From the NCBI GenBank assembly GCA_040830765.1, contig JBFOMH010000004.1, positions 96,001 to 160,000 on the forward strand: a stretch of DNA of 64,000 nucleotides. Direction: 5' to 3'. Positions 28,042-37,884 of the stretch are shown here, one piece after another (the stretch's first letter is position 1; every line of letters begins with the position of its first letter). The notes beneath the pieces were generated by a model. That model saw nothing but the letters and a program-made list of their open reading frames with translations, had not been told where the DNA came from and did not search any database. The DNA is from Puniceicoccaceae bacterium. GTDB taxonomy: Bacteria; Verrucomicrobiota; Verrucomicrobiia; Opitutales; Oceanipulchritudinaceae. The translations under genes were made by a program, and so were the position numbers.

Positions 28042-29991
28042 TCAACTGGAGAGGTCCATGAGATATATCCAACCGGGGCCGTTGGTGATGGAAGGACTCG
28101 TGCTGTAGACCCACGTCTGCAAGGTGGTGGAAAAGAACCAGTTGTCACGCTGGTCAACCGGGGACAGGGAACCCGTTTCAAATGTGTATAGCCAGGCACC
28201 CGCCCCTGGTGAAATATAGACCACGGGCAAGTATACCCATTCACCGGGACTGACAGCATAACGCCAACCGGCCAGCCCGTCTCCATCCCCTCCCACCCAG
28301 AGCCAGCCAATGAATCCGCGACCTGTATCAGCGTAGCCCTCAGGGTTGACCGCATAACCGGCCCAGGTGACAGTTGGATCGGGTGGTGACCGGTCCGGCA
28401 GGAAGGTCTCCAATTTCTCCCGGAAGACGGCAAGGATGGCCGCATACACGGGGTCACCGGCCAGATTATCCCATTCATAGGGATCGACCCGGTGGTCATA
28501 AAGCTCCTCGGCCCCGTTGTTGTATCGGATGTAGCGAAAGTCCTCTGACCGCAGGGAATAATTTTGGAGAACCGGACTGGTTGATGCATCAGCCGGCTGG
28601 GGATTGCGCGGGTCTGAGACATGCTGGAGCATGGTCAGGGCAACATCCGGCCCCGCCCATTCGCGGCTTTCCGGATTACCCATAAACGGCCGCAGGCTGA
28701 ATCCATCGAGCGGGCGCCCGGATCCGTTTTTGCGGGTGTCGCCTTCAAGGCCACACAGATCGACCAGAGTTGGATAAAGATCAATCAGCGATACCGGTGC
28801 CGCGGGACGACCCCCGGACTGGCTGATTCCCGGTGCCCGGATGAGCAAAGGCACGCGGCCGCTTTCCTCCCATGGAGAATTCTTGAAGAGGTATTCCTTT
28901 TCACCGAGATTCCAGCCATGGTCGCTGGTCAGGATGACAATGGTGTTGTCGGCCAGGCCATGGGCATCCAGGGCGTCCAGGACGACGCCAATCTGGTCAT
29001 CAACAAAGGCCGTGCAGGCAAGGTAGGCCTGGGTAAAGCGGCGCAGGCCTTCCTCGATTGTCGGGTAGGATTCACCGAGCTTGGTATAATAAGCGAGACC
29101 CTTCACAGTGTCCGGATAGATGTCACGAAAGTGGGTATCCTCAGCATCCGCGGGCAGGATGACCGGCAGCTGGACGCTTTCGAGGGGAAACATGTCAAAA
29201 TACTTCTGCGGTGCGAACATGGGGGTGTGCGGGCGAACAAAGCCAATCGTCAGAAAGAATGGCGGGGCCTCGGAATTGCCTGCCTGTTCCGCTGCATAGC
29301 CGGCGATCTTCCCGGCCGCCCATTGGGCATTGATCTCATCATACAACAATGAGCGGTCCTCCTCGGTGTGATAGTAAAACGGGGAGTAAGCACTGGGTGA
29401 ATAGGACCAGCCCTTGCCCACCTCACCGGCAAAGGGGACGTCAGCGAGCGTCCCGAAGGAACCGTCCCGCAGATCCACTGAACGGAAGGGTTCGGGGACG
29501 GAAGGGTGACCAACCGCCTCCGTCCCGTCCCAGGGGAACGGTCCGGCATTTCCCCGGGTTCCAAATTCCGGCCAGACGGATGCCTCAAAGTGGTGCATCA
29601 CCTTGCCGGTCCCGGCCACATGGTAACCATTGTCCGCGAAATGCTCCATCATAGTCTTGGAGTTGATGAGCACGTCGTTCTCGTACCAGCGCTGGAAGCC
29701 GAAGTTTCCCGAGGTGTGCGGATATATTCCGGTCAGGAAGCTGGCCCGGGAGGGCGCACAAATGGGATTGTTGCTGTAGGCACGGATAAAGGAGGAACCT
29801 GTCTCCGCGAGCGCGTCAATGTGTTGCGTCAGTGCTTGTGGATGCCCGCCAAGGTGGCCGACGTAGTCATTCAAATCATCACAGATGATGAAGACCACGT
29901 TGGGCCGGCTGCCTTCAGTGGCGGAAAGGCCTGTACAAAGGCCTCCAACCAAAAGTACGGTGATGAAGAGGAACCAGCGCCGAATAAGCAT
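28042..29991 (-). CDS. Secreted Cys-type sulfatase (iduronate-2-sulfatase-like) with a C-terminal Trp/Tyr/Gly-rich module
   Basis: Signal peptide, PNVVFIICDDL, CAPSRASFLTG, GKVMH, RPHTP, SDHGWNLGEK and D..EWDNLA. Confidence 0.92.
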   Translation of the reverse strand: MLIRRWFLFITVLLVGGLCTGLSATEGSRPNVVFIICDDLNDYVGHLGGHPQALTQHIDALAETGSSFIRAYSNNPICAPSRASFLTGIYPHTSGNFGFQRWYENDVLINSKTMMEHFADNGYHVAGTGKVMHHFEASVWPEFGTRGNAGPFPWDGTEAVGHPSVPEPFRSVDLRDGSFGTLADVPFAGEVGKGWSYSPSAYSPFYYHTEEDRSLLYDEINAQWAAGKIAGYAAEQAGNSEAPPFFLTIGFVRPHTPMFAPQKYFDMFPLESVQLPVILPADAEDTHFRDIYPDTVKGLAYYTKLGESYPTIEEGLRRFTQAYLACTAFVDDQIGVVLDALDAHGLADNTIVILTSDHGWNLGEKEYLFKNSPWEESGRVPLLIRAPGISQSGGRPAAPVSLIDLYPTLVDLCGLEGDTRKNGSGRPLDGFSLRPFMGNPESREWAGPDVALTMLQHVSDPRNPQPADASTSPVLQNYSLRSEDFRYIRYNNGAEELYDHRVDPYEWDNLAGDPVYAAILAVFREKLETFLPDRSPPDPTVTWAGYAVNPEGYADTGRGFIGWLWVGGDGDGLAGWRYAVSPGEWVYLPVVYISPGAGAWLYTFETGSLSPVDQRDNWFFSTTLQTWVYSTSPSITNGPGWIYLMDLSS

Positions 29992-30131
29992 GCCAATCTC
30001 CCATTACCGTCACGGGGCCTGCGCTGGCAATCACTTCTTCCCAAAATCCGGATCCTCGGAGCGGGTGAACTTCAGCCACCCCGAACTTTTCCATTGATTC
30101 GCTTCATCCCTGTGTTCCACTTTGCCGTACC

Positions 30132-31589
30132 ATGAAATGTGACCGCCGCCTGCCCCGTTCTCTAATTCTGGTTGTCTTCTCCACACTGCTGTTGGCTCCG
30201 TTGTTATACGGTAGTCCAAAAACGGACACGAGAAACGTCATCATTGTACTGGTCGACGATCTGGGCTGGGCGGATTTGGGCTGCTATGGAAGTACCTTCC
30301 ATGACACCCCCAACTTGGATGCGCTGGCCGCAGAAGGCATCCGCTTTACCCAGGCTTATGCCGCCTCACCGGTCTGCTCCCCTTCCCGGGCCGCGCTAAT
30401 GACAGGCAGGCATCCGGTTCGGGTTGATATCACCGACTGGATCAAGGGCTTCGTTAAAAAGGACCCGCTGCTGCAGACGCCGGAGGATCGGGACGAGCTG
30501 GCCCTGGAAGAGGTAACCATGGCAGAAATCCTCAAGGAGCATGGCTATAAGACCGGATATTTTGGCAAATGGCACCTTGGGGAAACGGAGGATTACTGGC
30601 CGGAGGCCCAGGGCTTCGATGAAAACTATGGTGGATTTTCCAAAGGCTCTCCCCCTGGTGGATACTATGCACCCTGGAATAATCCGCGGCTGGAGAATGG
30701 TCCGGAGGGGGAATACCTGACCGATCGCCTCACCGATGAAGCCATCGGGTTCCTGCACCGTAACCGGGAAAGCCCGTTTCTTATCTACCTTGCCTATTAC
30801 ACTGTGCACACGCCCATTGAGGGATGTGCCGAATGGGATGATCATTATGCCGATAAGCGGGAGGGCCTGGCCTTGCCGGATCCGGATGCCACCCGCCCGG
30901 AGGGTCCGGCCAAAACCCGCCTTCACCAGTCCAATGCAAAATATGCCGCCATGGTCCGGTCGATGGATGAGAATGTCGGACGCCTTTTGGCGGAGCTTAA
31001 GGACTTGGGCCTCGAGGACGACACCGTTGTTGTATTTACATCGGATAATGGGGGCCTTTCGACGGGAGGAGGCCGCCAAATCCCCACCTCCGTGCTGCCG
31101 TTACGGGCGGGCAAGGGTTGGTGCTATGAAGGAGGAATTCGGGTGCCACTGATTATCAGGGCTCCAGACCGAACAACGCCCGGGACAGTCAGCGCCCAAG
31201 CGACGATCAGTATGGACCTTCTCCCGACTGTCCTTGATTTGGCCGGCCGGCCTCTGCAACCGGAACGGCATCTCGACGGCATATCCCTAGGTGCCGCGAT
31301 CGCTGAGCCGGACGAGTGCCAGCCCCGGAGCCTGGTCTGGCATTTTCCGCACTACCATGCCGGCCAATGGACGCCCGGCACGGCCATGCGGGTTGGGGAC
31401 TGGAAGATTATCCAACGCTACGAAACCGGAAGTTTTGAGCTGTACAACCTGAGGGATGATCCGGGGGAGCAGGATGACCTGACAGAGGAACAGCCTCATG
31501 TATTGGAGGTCATGCGAAGCAGTCTTGAGGCATGGCATGCCGCCATGGGCTCGGGGATTCCAAGGGCCTATGGGGCTGGAGAAAATTGA
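30132..31589 (+). CDS. Secreted Cys-type sulfatase (arylsulfatase-like)
   Basis: DDLGWADL, CSPSRAALMTG, GKWHLG, SDNGG, YEGGIRVP and LYNL..DPGE. Confidence 0.93.
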   Translation: MKCDRRLPRSLILVVFSTLLLAPLLYGSPKTDTRNVIIVLVDDLGWADLGCYGSTFHDTPNLDALAAEGIRFTQAYAASPVCSPSRAALMTGRHPVRVDITDWIKGFVKKDPLLQTPEDRDELALEEVTMAEILKEHGYKTGYFGKWHLGETEDYWPEAQGFDENYGGFSKGSPPGGYYAPWNNPRLENGPEGEYLTDRLTDEAIGFLHRNRESPFLIYLAYYTVHTPIEGCAEWDDHYADKREGLALPDPDATRPEGPAKTRLHQSNAKYAAMVRSMDENVGRLLAELKDLGLEDDTVVVFTSDNGGLSTGGGRQIPTSVLPLRAGKGWCYEGGIRVPLIIRAPDRTTPGTVSAQATISMDLLPTVLDLAGRPLQPERHLDGISLGAAIAEPDECQPRSLVWHFPHYHAGQWTPGTAMRVGDWKIIQRYETGSFELYNLRDDPGEQDDLTEEQPHVLEVMRSSLEAWHAAMGSGIPRAYGAGEN

Positions 31590-31664
31590 TTTGCAGCCAG
31601 TTGATGGAATCTGCATCAAATCTATCGATTGCCCTTGTTTCACCCCTCAACCCCAAAGTAGATA

Positions 31665-33698
31665 ATGCATATATTGGACCTGATTGTATTCTTCGTCTTC
31701 GTGGCAGCGGTCATTTCGATTGGCCTGTGGAAAAGCCGAGGTGAGGACCTCAAGGGCGACCATGCCGCCAGCGATTACTTCCTCGCTGGTCGTGGACTGA
31801 AATGGTGGCTCATTGGCTTCTCGCTCATCGCCGCCAACATCTCCACCGAGCAGTTTGTCGGCATGTCCGGCAACGCGGCCAGTCATATCGGGATGGCCAT
31901 TGCCAGCTATGAGTGGATGGCGGCGATTACCCTCGTTGTAGTGGCCTTTGCCTTCCTGCCCTACTTTCTTCAGGCCGGCATCTACACCATGCCTGAGTTT
32001 CTCGAATACCGCTACAACAGCGGCGCGCGCCTCATCATGGCGGCAGGGACGGTCTTTATTTACCTGCTCCTTCTGGGAGCGGTGACTTACTCCGGTGCCT
32101 TGACCATCCGGACCATCGCCATGGAGCGGGGAGTGGACATTTCCCTCCAAGCGGGTGCGCTTGCCATTGGCCTGATCGCCATGGTCTACGTTATCGCTGG
32201 TGGACTCAAGGCCTGCGCCTGGGCCGACCTCATCCAGGGGAGTGCCCTCATCATAGGTGGCGGTATCATCATGTACTTTGCCTTCGACATGATGGGCAGT
32301 GCGGAAACATTGGCCGGAATCGCTGACGTGAAGACCGGCGAAGTGGTCATGAAAAGCTTTGATGCCGAAACGGGTGCATTTGCCCGCTTCATGGAACTGA
32401 ACAGTACCCGGTTGAACATGTTCCTTCCGGCCAGCGACAGCACCCTTCCCTGGACGGCCCTGTTGCTCGGCTTGTGGATTCCAAATTTCTACTACTGGGG
32501 CCTCAACCAGTACATCACCCAGCGGACCCTTGGCTCCGCCTCCCTCTCCGAGGGTCAAAAAGGGATTGTCTTCGCCGCCTTCATGAAGCTGCTCATTCCC
32601 TTTGTCATCGTCATTCCCGGCATCATGGCCTTCAACCTCTTTGCCGGAAACATGCATATCGCCGCCGGCAAGGACAACGGGACGGTCCTGGCCAAGTACC
32701 TCGCCGCCAATCCCGCCAGTGCAGTAGTCAACGTCATGGAAGCCCCTTCAAATGAAGTACTGGCGGCCATTCCCCATGACACCTACGTCCTGGCCGTCTA
32801 TCCGGACGCAGCTGCCGTCAATGCAGCCGAGCTGCCGAACGGCCATGTCTTTGCCCTGAGCCAGGATGCCTTTGCGGCAGCCCAGGCCAGCCTGAGTGGG
32901 CCGACCGTCTTTGAAAGCGACGACTATGCCTTCGCCAGCGCCAATCCGGCATTGGCGACGGAACTGGCAACCTTCAATGCGACTGTCCGAGCGGCCAATA
33001 ACTCTGTAGCGACCGAGAAACTACTTGGATACAAGTATGACACCGCCCTCGGACAACTGCTTTCCAATGTCCTGCCGGCGGGATCCGGGCTGCTCGGCTT
33101 TGTGCTGGCCGCACTCCTTGGGGCGGTGGTCAGCTCCCTCGCGGCCATGCTGAACGCAGCCTCGACCATTTTCTCGATGGACATCTTCAAGAAGTACATC
33201 CGCCCGGAAGCCAAGCAGAGTACGATCGTCGTCCTCGGCCGGATCAGCGTGGCGGTGTTCGCGGTGATTGCCGTGGTGCTGGCCCCGATGCTGGGCAACC
33301 CGAAGATCAGCAATTCCATCTTCACCATCATCCAGGAAGGCCAGGGTCTCATTTCCCCCGGTATTCTCGCGGTCTTTGCCTTCGGCCTGCTGGTCCACAA
33401 GGGACCGCGGATTTGTGGCGTTGCCGGGTTGCTGACCAACATCATTGCCTATCCGGCCCTCAAGTTCGCGGTGCCGGATGTCAACTTCCTGAACCGGATG
33501 GCGATCTGTTTCTTCCTTTGCATTGTTGTCATGACCGTCATCACGGTGGCCAAGCCGCTGGCCAAACCGATTGAGTTCGAGGCCAAGAACGTGGTTGCAC
33601 TGGAGTCCTCCAAGGGTGCCCGCACCGCCGGCATCGGGGTGGTTATCCTGACCCTGTTGCTCTATGTGATCTTCTCCCCGCTTGGTATCGCCGGTTGA
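31665..33698 (+). CDS. Sodium:solute symporter (SSS/SGLT-like sugar transporter) with an enlarged loop
   Basis: YFLAGRGL, SLIAANISTEQFVGMSG, YYWGLNQYITQR and VSSLAAMLN. Confidence 0.92.
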   Translation: MHILDLIVFFVFVAAVISIGLWKSRGEDLKGDHAASDYFLAGRGLKWWLIGFSLIAANISTEQFVGMSGNAASHIGMAIASYEWMAAITLVVVAFAFLPYFLQAGIYTMPEFLEYRYNSGARLIMAAGTVFIYLLLLGAVTYSGALTIRTIAMERGVDISLQAGALAIGLIAMVYVIAGGLKACAWADLIQGSALIIGGGIIMYFAFDMMGSAETLAGIADVKTGEVVMKSFDAETGAFARFMELNSTRLNMFLPASDSTLPWTALLLGLWIPNFYYWGLNQYITQRTLGSASLSEGQKGIVFAAFMKLLIPFVIVIPGIMAFNLFAGNMHIAAGKDNGTVLAKYLAANPASAVVNVMEAPSNEVLAAIPHDTYVLAVYPDAAAVNAAELPNGHVFALSQDAFAAAQASLSGPTVFESDDYAFASANPALATELATFNATVRAANNSVATEKLLGYKYDTALGQLLSNVLPAGSGLLGFVLAALLGAVVSSLAAMLNAASTIFSMDIFKKYIRPEAKQSTIVVLGRISVAVFAVIAVVLAPMLGNPKISNSIFTIIQEGQGLISPGILAVFAFGLLVHKGPRICGVAGLLTNIIAYPALKFAVPDVNFLNRMAICFFLCIVVMTVITVAKPLAKPIEFEAKNVVALESSKGARTAGIGVVILTLLLYVIFSPLGIAG

Positions 33699-33707
33699 TC
33701 TAGTGTT

Positions 33708-34613
33708 TCAGCCAATCTTCTTTTTTGGCTGGCGGTCCGGGATGAAGTGCCGCACCAGCCCGTAGAAGATGTAGCCAAGGAAGACGATGGCGATGGCCAG
33801 AAAATGGAAGAGGTAGATGGCCGTGAAGACGAGAAAGAGGAAGATGAAGCCGCGGATATCGACCTTGGTGTGCGTCCCGATGGTCTTGAGGCTCGGGTAG
33901 CGGACACTGGAGACCATGAGAGTGGCGATCAGGATGAGCAGAATCGGCAGGAAGAGGGCCACCGAGGGCAGGTCGAAACGGTTCAGGACAAGGACAATGG
34001 AGGAGACCATTCCCGCCGCTGCAGGAACCGGAAGGCCCAGGAACTCATGGTCCGGATTGGCATCTGCATGGGGCAACAGGGGCGTTGTCAGGACGTTGTA
34101 GCGCGCCAGACGGACAGCCGCACAGAGCAGGTAGAAGAAACCCACGAGGCCTCCAAGAGTCCGCACGAGGGGAAATTCCTCGGTTGGGCTGAGGAGGACA
34201 AAGAAGACCAGCAAAGCCGGGGCCAGACCGAAGGAAACCACGTCCGCCAGGGAATCGAATTCCTTGCCAAAGAGAGATTCCTTGCGAGTCATCCGGGCCA
34301 TGCGGCCATCCAGCATGTCGAAAATGACGGCGGCGAGGATGAACCAGACCGCCTGCTCGTAGAGCTGCTCGGGGGTCTTGGCCACTGTCTCGATAAACCC
34401 GGTGCCAAGGCCCTCCGCCGTGGAGGCAAACTTGGCCTGAATGCAGCGCATGATAGCGACAAACCCGCAAAAGAGGTTTCCTGCCGTCATCAAGTTGGGC
34501 AGGAAATAGATTTTGCTGGCCTCGGAGGAGTCCACGTAGGCCGGCCCGGAATCCGGCAGGGAGTCCTCCAGGGGCTCCTTGGTGAAATCCGGCTCAGTGG
34601 GTCTATCGGTCAC
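33708..34613 (-). CDS. pssA: CDP-diacylglycerol--serine O-phosphatidyltransferase
   Basis: LPNLMTAGNLFCG, DMLDGRMAR...GKEFDSLADVVSFGLAP, RLARYN and GLPVPAAA. Confidence 0.9.
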   Translation of the reverse strand: MTDRPTEPDFTKEPLEDSLPDSGPAYVDSSEASKIYFLPNLMTAGNLFCGFVAIMRCIQAKFASTAEGLGTGFIETVAKTPEQLYEQAVWFILAAVIFDMLDGRMARMTRKESLFGKEFDSLADVVSFGLAPALLVFFVLLSPTEEFPLVRTLGGLVGFFYLLCAAVRLARYNVLTTPLLPHADANPDHEFLGLPVPAAAGMVSSIVLVLNRFDLPSVALFLPILLILIATLMVSSVRYPSLKTIGTHTKVDIRGFIFLFLVFTAIYLFHFLAIAIVFLGYIFYGLVRHFIPDRQPKKKIG

Positions 34614-35017
34614 TCGTTGTCGTTTTTCTTGAGGGTTTCGAGGTACTTCCAGAAGGACTGGTGCTGCTCAATCATGGTTTCCGCCGTCACAGGGAGCTTG
34701 TTGCGGTAGATAAAATCCGTGAGGGAATTCTTCCCGAGAATGTAGTGTGCGTAGAGCGTGTCGCCCTTGACCTCGAAATAGCAGCGGAATTCACCCGCCC
34801 GGACACGGTAGTAGGTGATACCATCCCGGTGGAACCGCCCGATGCCTTCCTCAAGCCCTTCCAGTTGCTCCGGAGTGACATTGGAAATCTTGTCCACCAA
34901 TGCCAGTTGGCTTTCCACGGGGAGCTTGTTCAATTCCCGCATGGAATGGTCACTGAAGGTGACTTGATAGAGGCCGCGGGCGCGTCGCGACAAAGTCTGG
35001 GCATTTTCCGGGTCCAT
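34610..35017 (-). CDS. RelE/ParE-fold protein with a C-terminal extension; no adjacent antitoxin gene
   Basis: YQVTFS..SMRELNKL and YRVRAGEFRCYFEV resemble RelE; the stop overlaps the pssA GTG start. Start taken at ATG 35017. Confidence 0.7.
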   Translation of the reverse strand: MDPENAQTLSRRARGLYQVTFSDHSMRELNKLPVESQLALVDKISNVTPEQLEGLEEGIGRFHRDGITYYRVRAGEFRCYFEVKGDTLYAHYILGKNSLTDFIYRNKLPVTAETMIEQHQSFWKYLETLKKNDNE

Positions 35018-35140
35018 TAGCGCTAAATAAAAGGCTTGGGCCCGGTTTGGCAAGCACGGCGCTCTTTATCTTTTACTCCAAATCCGGGGTGATTTTGAAT
35101 TGCCAGAGTTTGACCAACTCCTCAATGATCACGTGATTCC

Positions 35141-36271
35141 ATGAAATTCAAAATAAATCGCGACCACTTCACCAACGGGCTGCAACAGGTATTGAATGTT
35201 GTCGGAACCCGCGCCACCATGCCGATTCTGGGAAATGTCCTGATTGAAGCGGCTGACAACCAGATTTCCCTCACCACGACGAATCTGGACCTGGGCATCC
35301 GGTGTAAAATCAAGGCCAACGTCGGCGAATCCGGCTCCCTTACCCTTCCGGTCCGTAAACTGGCCAGCATTATCCGGGAAATGCCCTCCCTCGAGGTCGA
35401 GCTGGAGACCTACTCCAACAACCAGGCCAAAATCACCAGCGGCTCTTCGCTTTTCCGTATCATGGGGATTGGGGCGGATGAATTTCCCCCGTTGCCCAGC
35501 TTTGCCGACCAGCACAGTTATCTCCTGCGCCAGGATGACCTCGAGCGCATGCTAAAAAGTGTCTCCTATGCCCAGTCCAGCGACGAGACCCGCTACATCA
35601 TGAACGGGGTTTACTTCAATTTTGAGGATCAGCAACTGACCCTCGCCGCGACCGATGGCCGCCGCCTGGCCGTGGTCTCCAAGGAGGTCGAGGTCTCAGA
35701 GGAAAATGCCGGTCACATCATTCTCCCCGCGAAGACTGTCCATGAGGTCGAGCGCCTGCTTGGCAAGGGGGACAATGTCCGGATTGCCTTCAATGACCGG
35801 CAGGTGGCCTTTGAAATCACCTCCGCCGAAGATGCCGATGACACCGGTCTGGTTGATTCCATCTACCTCGTCTCAAAGGTCGTCGAAGGGAACTATCCCA
35901 ATTACCGGCAGGTCATCCCCAAGGGGAACGACCAGCACATCAAGCTGAACCGGGAGAACTTCGCCAACTGTGTTCGCCGGGCAGCCCTGGTAACCAGTGA
36001 GAAGAACCACTCGGTGAAGGTGCATGTGAACAAGAATGTCCTTGAGGTGACTGGCCAGAGCCCCGAATTCGGGGAATCCAATGTCTCCTTGAACATCGAG
36101 TACGACGGGCCGGAGATCAATGTCGCCTTCAATCCCCAGTTCATCCTCGATCCGCTGCGGGCCCTGACCCGTGATGAGGTCATCTTCGAGTTCAAGGATG
36201 AGTTGAGCCCCGGCGTCATCCGGACCCAGGACAGTTTTCTTTGTGTCATCATGCCGCTTCGCCTGAACTAA
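35141..36271 (+). CDS. dnaN: DNA polymerase III beta sliding clamp
   Basis: [35 protein letters not shown] and IMPLRL. Confidence 0.97.
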   Translation: MKFKINRDHFTNGLQQVLNVVGTRATMPILGNVLIEAADNQISLTTTNLDLGIRCKIKANVGESGSLTLPVRKLASIIREMPSLEVELETYSNNQAKITSGSSLFRIMGIGADEFPPLPSFADQHSYLLRQDDLERMLKSVSYAQSSDETRYIMNGVYFNFEDQQLTLAATDGRRLAVVSKEVEVSEENAGHIILPAKTVHEVERLLGKGDNVRIAFNDRQVAFEITSAEDADDTGLVDSIYLVSKVVEGNYPNYRQVIPKGNDQHIKLNRENFANCVRRAALVTSEKNHSVKVHVNKNVLEVTGQSPEFGESNVSLNIEYDGPEINVAFNPQFILDPLRALTRDEVIFEFKDELSPGVIRTQDSFLCVIMPLRLN

Positions 36272-36284
36272 GGGCACGTGGCAG

Positions 36285-37190
36285 ATGGAGCTGATCCCGC
36301 AGGGCGAATCCCTCCTGATCCAGGGCGGCATCCTCGCGCTGGCTATCCTCAGCCTGTTGGTATCCTGGTGGGCCGGTAGGGCGGGCTCCCCAATCCTGGC
36401 CATCGCCAGTCGCTGGCTGCGGTGGATCTTCATCGCCATCCTGATGGCCGGGGCTGTCTACGTCTTCGGCTGGACGGGCTACCGGTTTCCAGTGCTGTTT
36501 TTTGTCGCCATGCTGGCCTGGTTCCTGGTCGAGACCGCTTACAACTGGCTCGCCATCTCCACCTTGAGTAGGAGCGAGCTCCCCCTCTTTCCAAAATTCG
36601 AGGAAAACGACAGCGGTGAGGAGTGGCCGACCGACAATCGCTTCCTGAAGCTGAAAGACTGGCTCTCAGCCAACGGATTCAGCCGCCGGCAGGCTCTCAT
36701 TTCCCATCTGGAAGACCTCGTCCTGATGCGGGTATCGGTCTATGAGAACCAGGACCAGACCATCCGCCTGCATGTCCTCTTTTTGCCCAACGCCCGTGGC
36801 AGCACGGCGGTCTGTTTCACCTGTTACTCCTCAACCCGGCTGGGCGACTGCATCGTGACCGACAACGTTTTCCTGCCCTTCGGTGGATTCTATCCGGAAA
36901 ACTGGGATGTTGAAAGGCGCCCCTGGACGCGGGCCCTGTCCAATCTGGTGGAACGGCATCGTGCCCGCATCGATGCCAAGGCGGAGGTGCTGATGCCGTT
37001 TGTCACGTCTCCCCTGGAGCAGATCAACGAAGACCAGCGACAGGTCGAGCTGCTCAACCGGGATCTTGGATTTCTCAACAAGCGGGCGGAGGAGACTGAG
37101 TTGGGCCGTCTGACCACGGCCGGCAAGGCTCGCATCTGGCAGGAAATCTGGACCCTGGCCTATTTTGGCCTCCCGCTTTCCTACAATTGA
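36285..37190 (+). CDS. Hypothetical membrane protein
   Basis: 301 aa; three N-terminal TM segments followed by a soluble domain; starts 13 nt after dnaN. Confidence 0.75.
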   Translation: MELIPQGESLLIQGGILALAILSLLVSWWAGRAGSPILAIASRWLRWIFIAILMAGAVYVFGWTGYRFPVLFFVAMLAWFLVETAYNWLAISTLSRSELPLFPKFEENDSGEEWPTDNRFLKLKDWLSANGFSRRQALISHLEDLVLMRVSVYENQDQTIRLHVLFLPNARGSTAVCFTCYSSTRLGDCIVTDNVFLPFGGFYPENWDVERRPWTRALSNLVERHRARIDAKAEVLMPFVTSPLEQINEDQRQVELLNRDLGFLNKRAEETELGRLTTAGKARIWQEIWTLAYFGLPLSYN

Positions 37191-37193
37191 GGC

Positions 37194-37802
37194 TTACTTG
37201 TTGCGCCGGAACCAGCGGATCTCCTCGCGCCCAAAGCGCGACTCATAAGCCTTACTGGGCTTCCAGGCCTGGAGAAGGGTCAGCCCCTTGGAAAATAATT
37301 CCTCGATCTCCTCTTCCTCGATACGGAATGGCGGCCCTTCATCGTCTTCCGGATCGCGATAGAAGAGGGCCAGGTAATAGCCTCCCGGCTTGAGCAGCTT
37401 GCGCACGGAGCGGGCATAGTCCGGCCAATGCTTTGGTTCCAGGGCGCAGAGGCAGGTGTGCTCGATGATCCAGTCGAAGGATTTCTTCAAGGTCGGCGCT
37501 GGATCGAGAAAATTACCCCGCTTGTAGGTTGCCCGCCGGTGGGGATTAAGCTTCCGGGCCGCCTTGATGGCGGATGGGGCGATATCCAGCCCGGTCACCT
37601 TGGCCCCGAGTTTGGCAAAATAATAGACATCGTGACCTGAGCCCGGGCCGGGAATGAGAACATTGCCCGAAGGGACCCCTACCCGCTCGACAAACTCCTC
37701 AAAGGGCGGCGCATGGCTGCCATGGTCCCAGGGGGTCTCGCCCTTCTTCCAGCGGCCTTCCCAGAACTGGTGAATGTCCTCATGCGCGGCTTTCCTGCCC
37801 AT
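37194..37802 (-). CDS. TPMT/thiol-halide methyltransferase-family SAM-dependent methyltransferase
   Basis: FWEGRW...TPWD, VLIPGPGSGHD, FDWIIEHTCLCAL and GPPF. Confidence 0.85.
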   Translation of the reverse strand: MGRKAAHEDIHQFWEGRWKKGETPWDHGSHAPPFEEFVERVGVPSGNVLIPGPGSGHDVYYFAKLGAKVTGLDIAPSAIKAARKLNPHRRATYKRGNFLDPAPTLKKSFDWIIEHTCLCALEPKHWPDYARSVRKLLKPGGYYLALFYRDPEDDEGPPFRIEEEEIEELFSKGLTLLQAWKPSKAYESRFGREEIRWFRRNK

Positions 37803-37884
37803 ATTCGAATGGTTGAGGATCGGATTGAATGGATCAAGACTTGTCAGCGCTTTTCGAATGGCGCATTAAGGGAACAGAATCGAC

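Noticed and set aside
30112..30120. TGTTCCAC half-match to parS upstream of the second sulfatase
   Set aside because: Only one half-site; the second half is not complementary.
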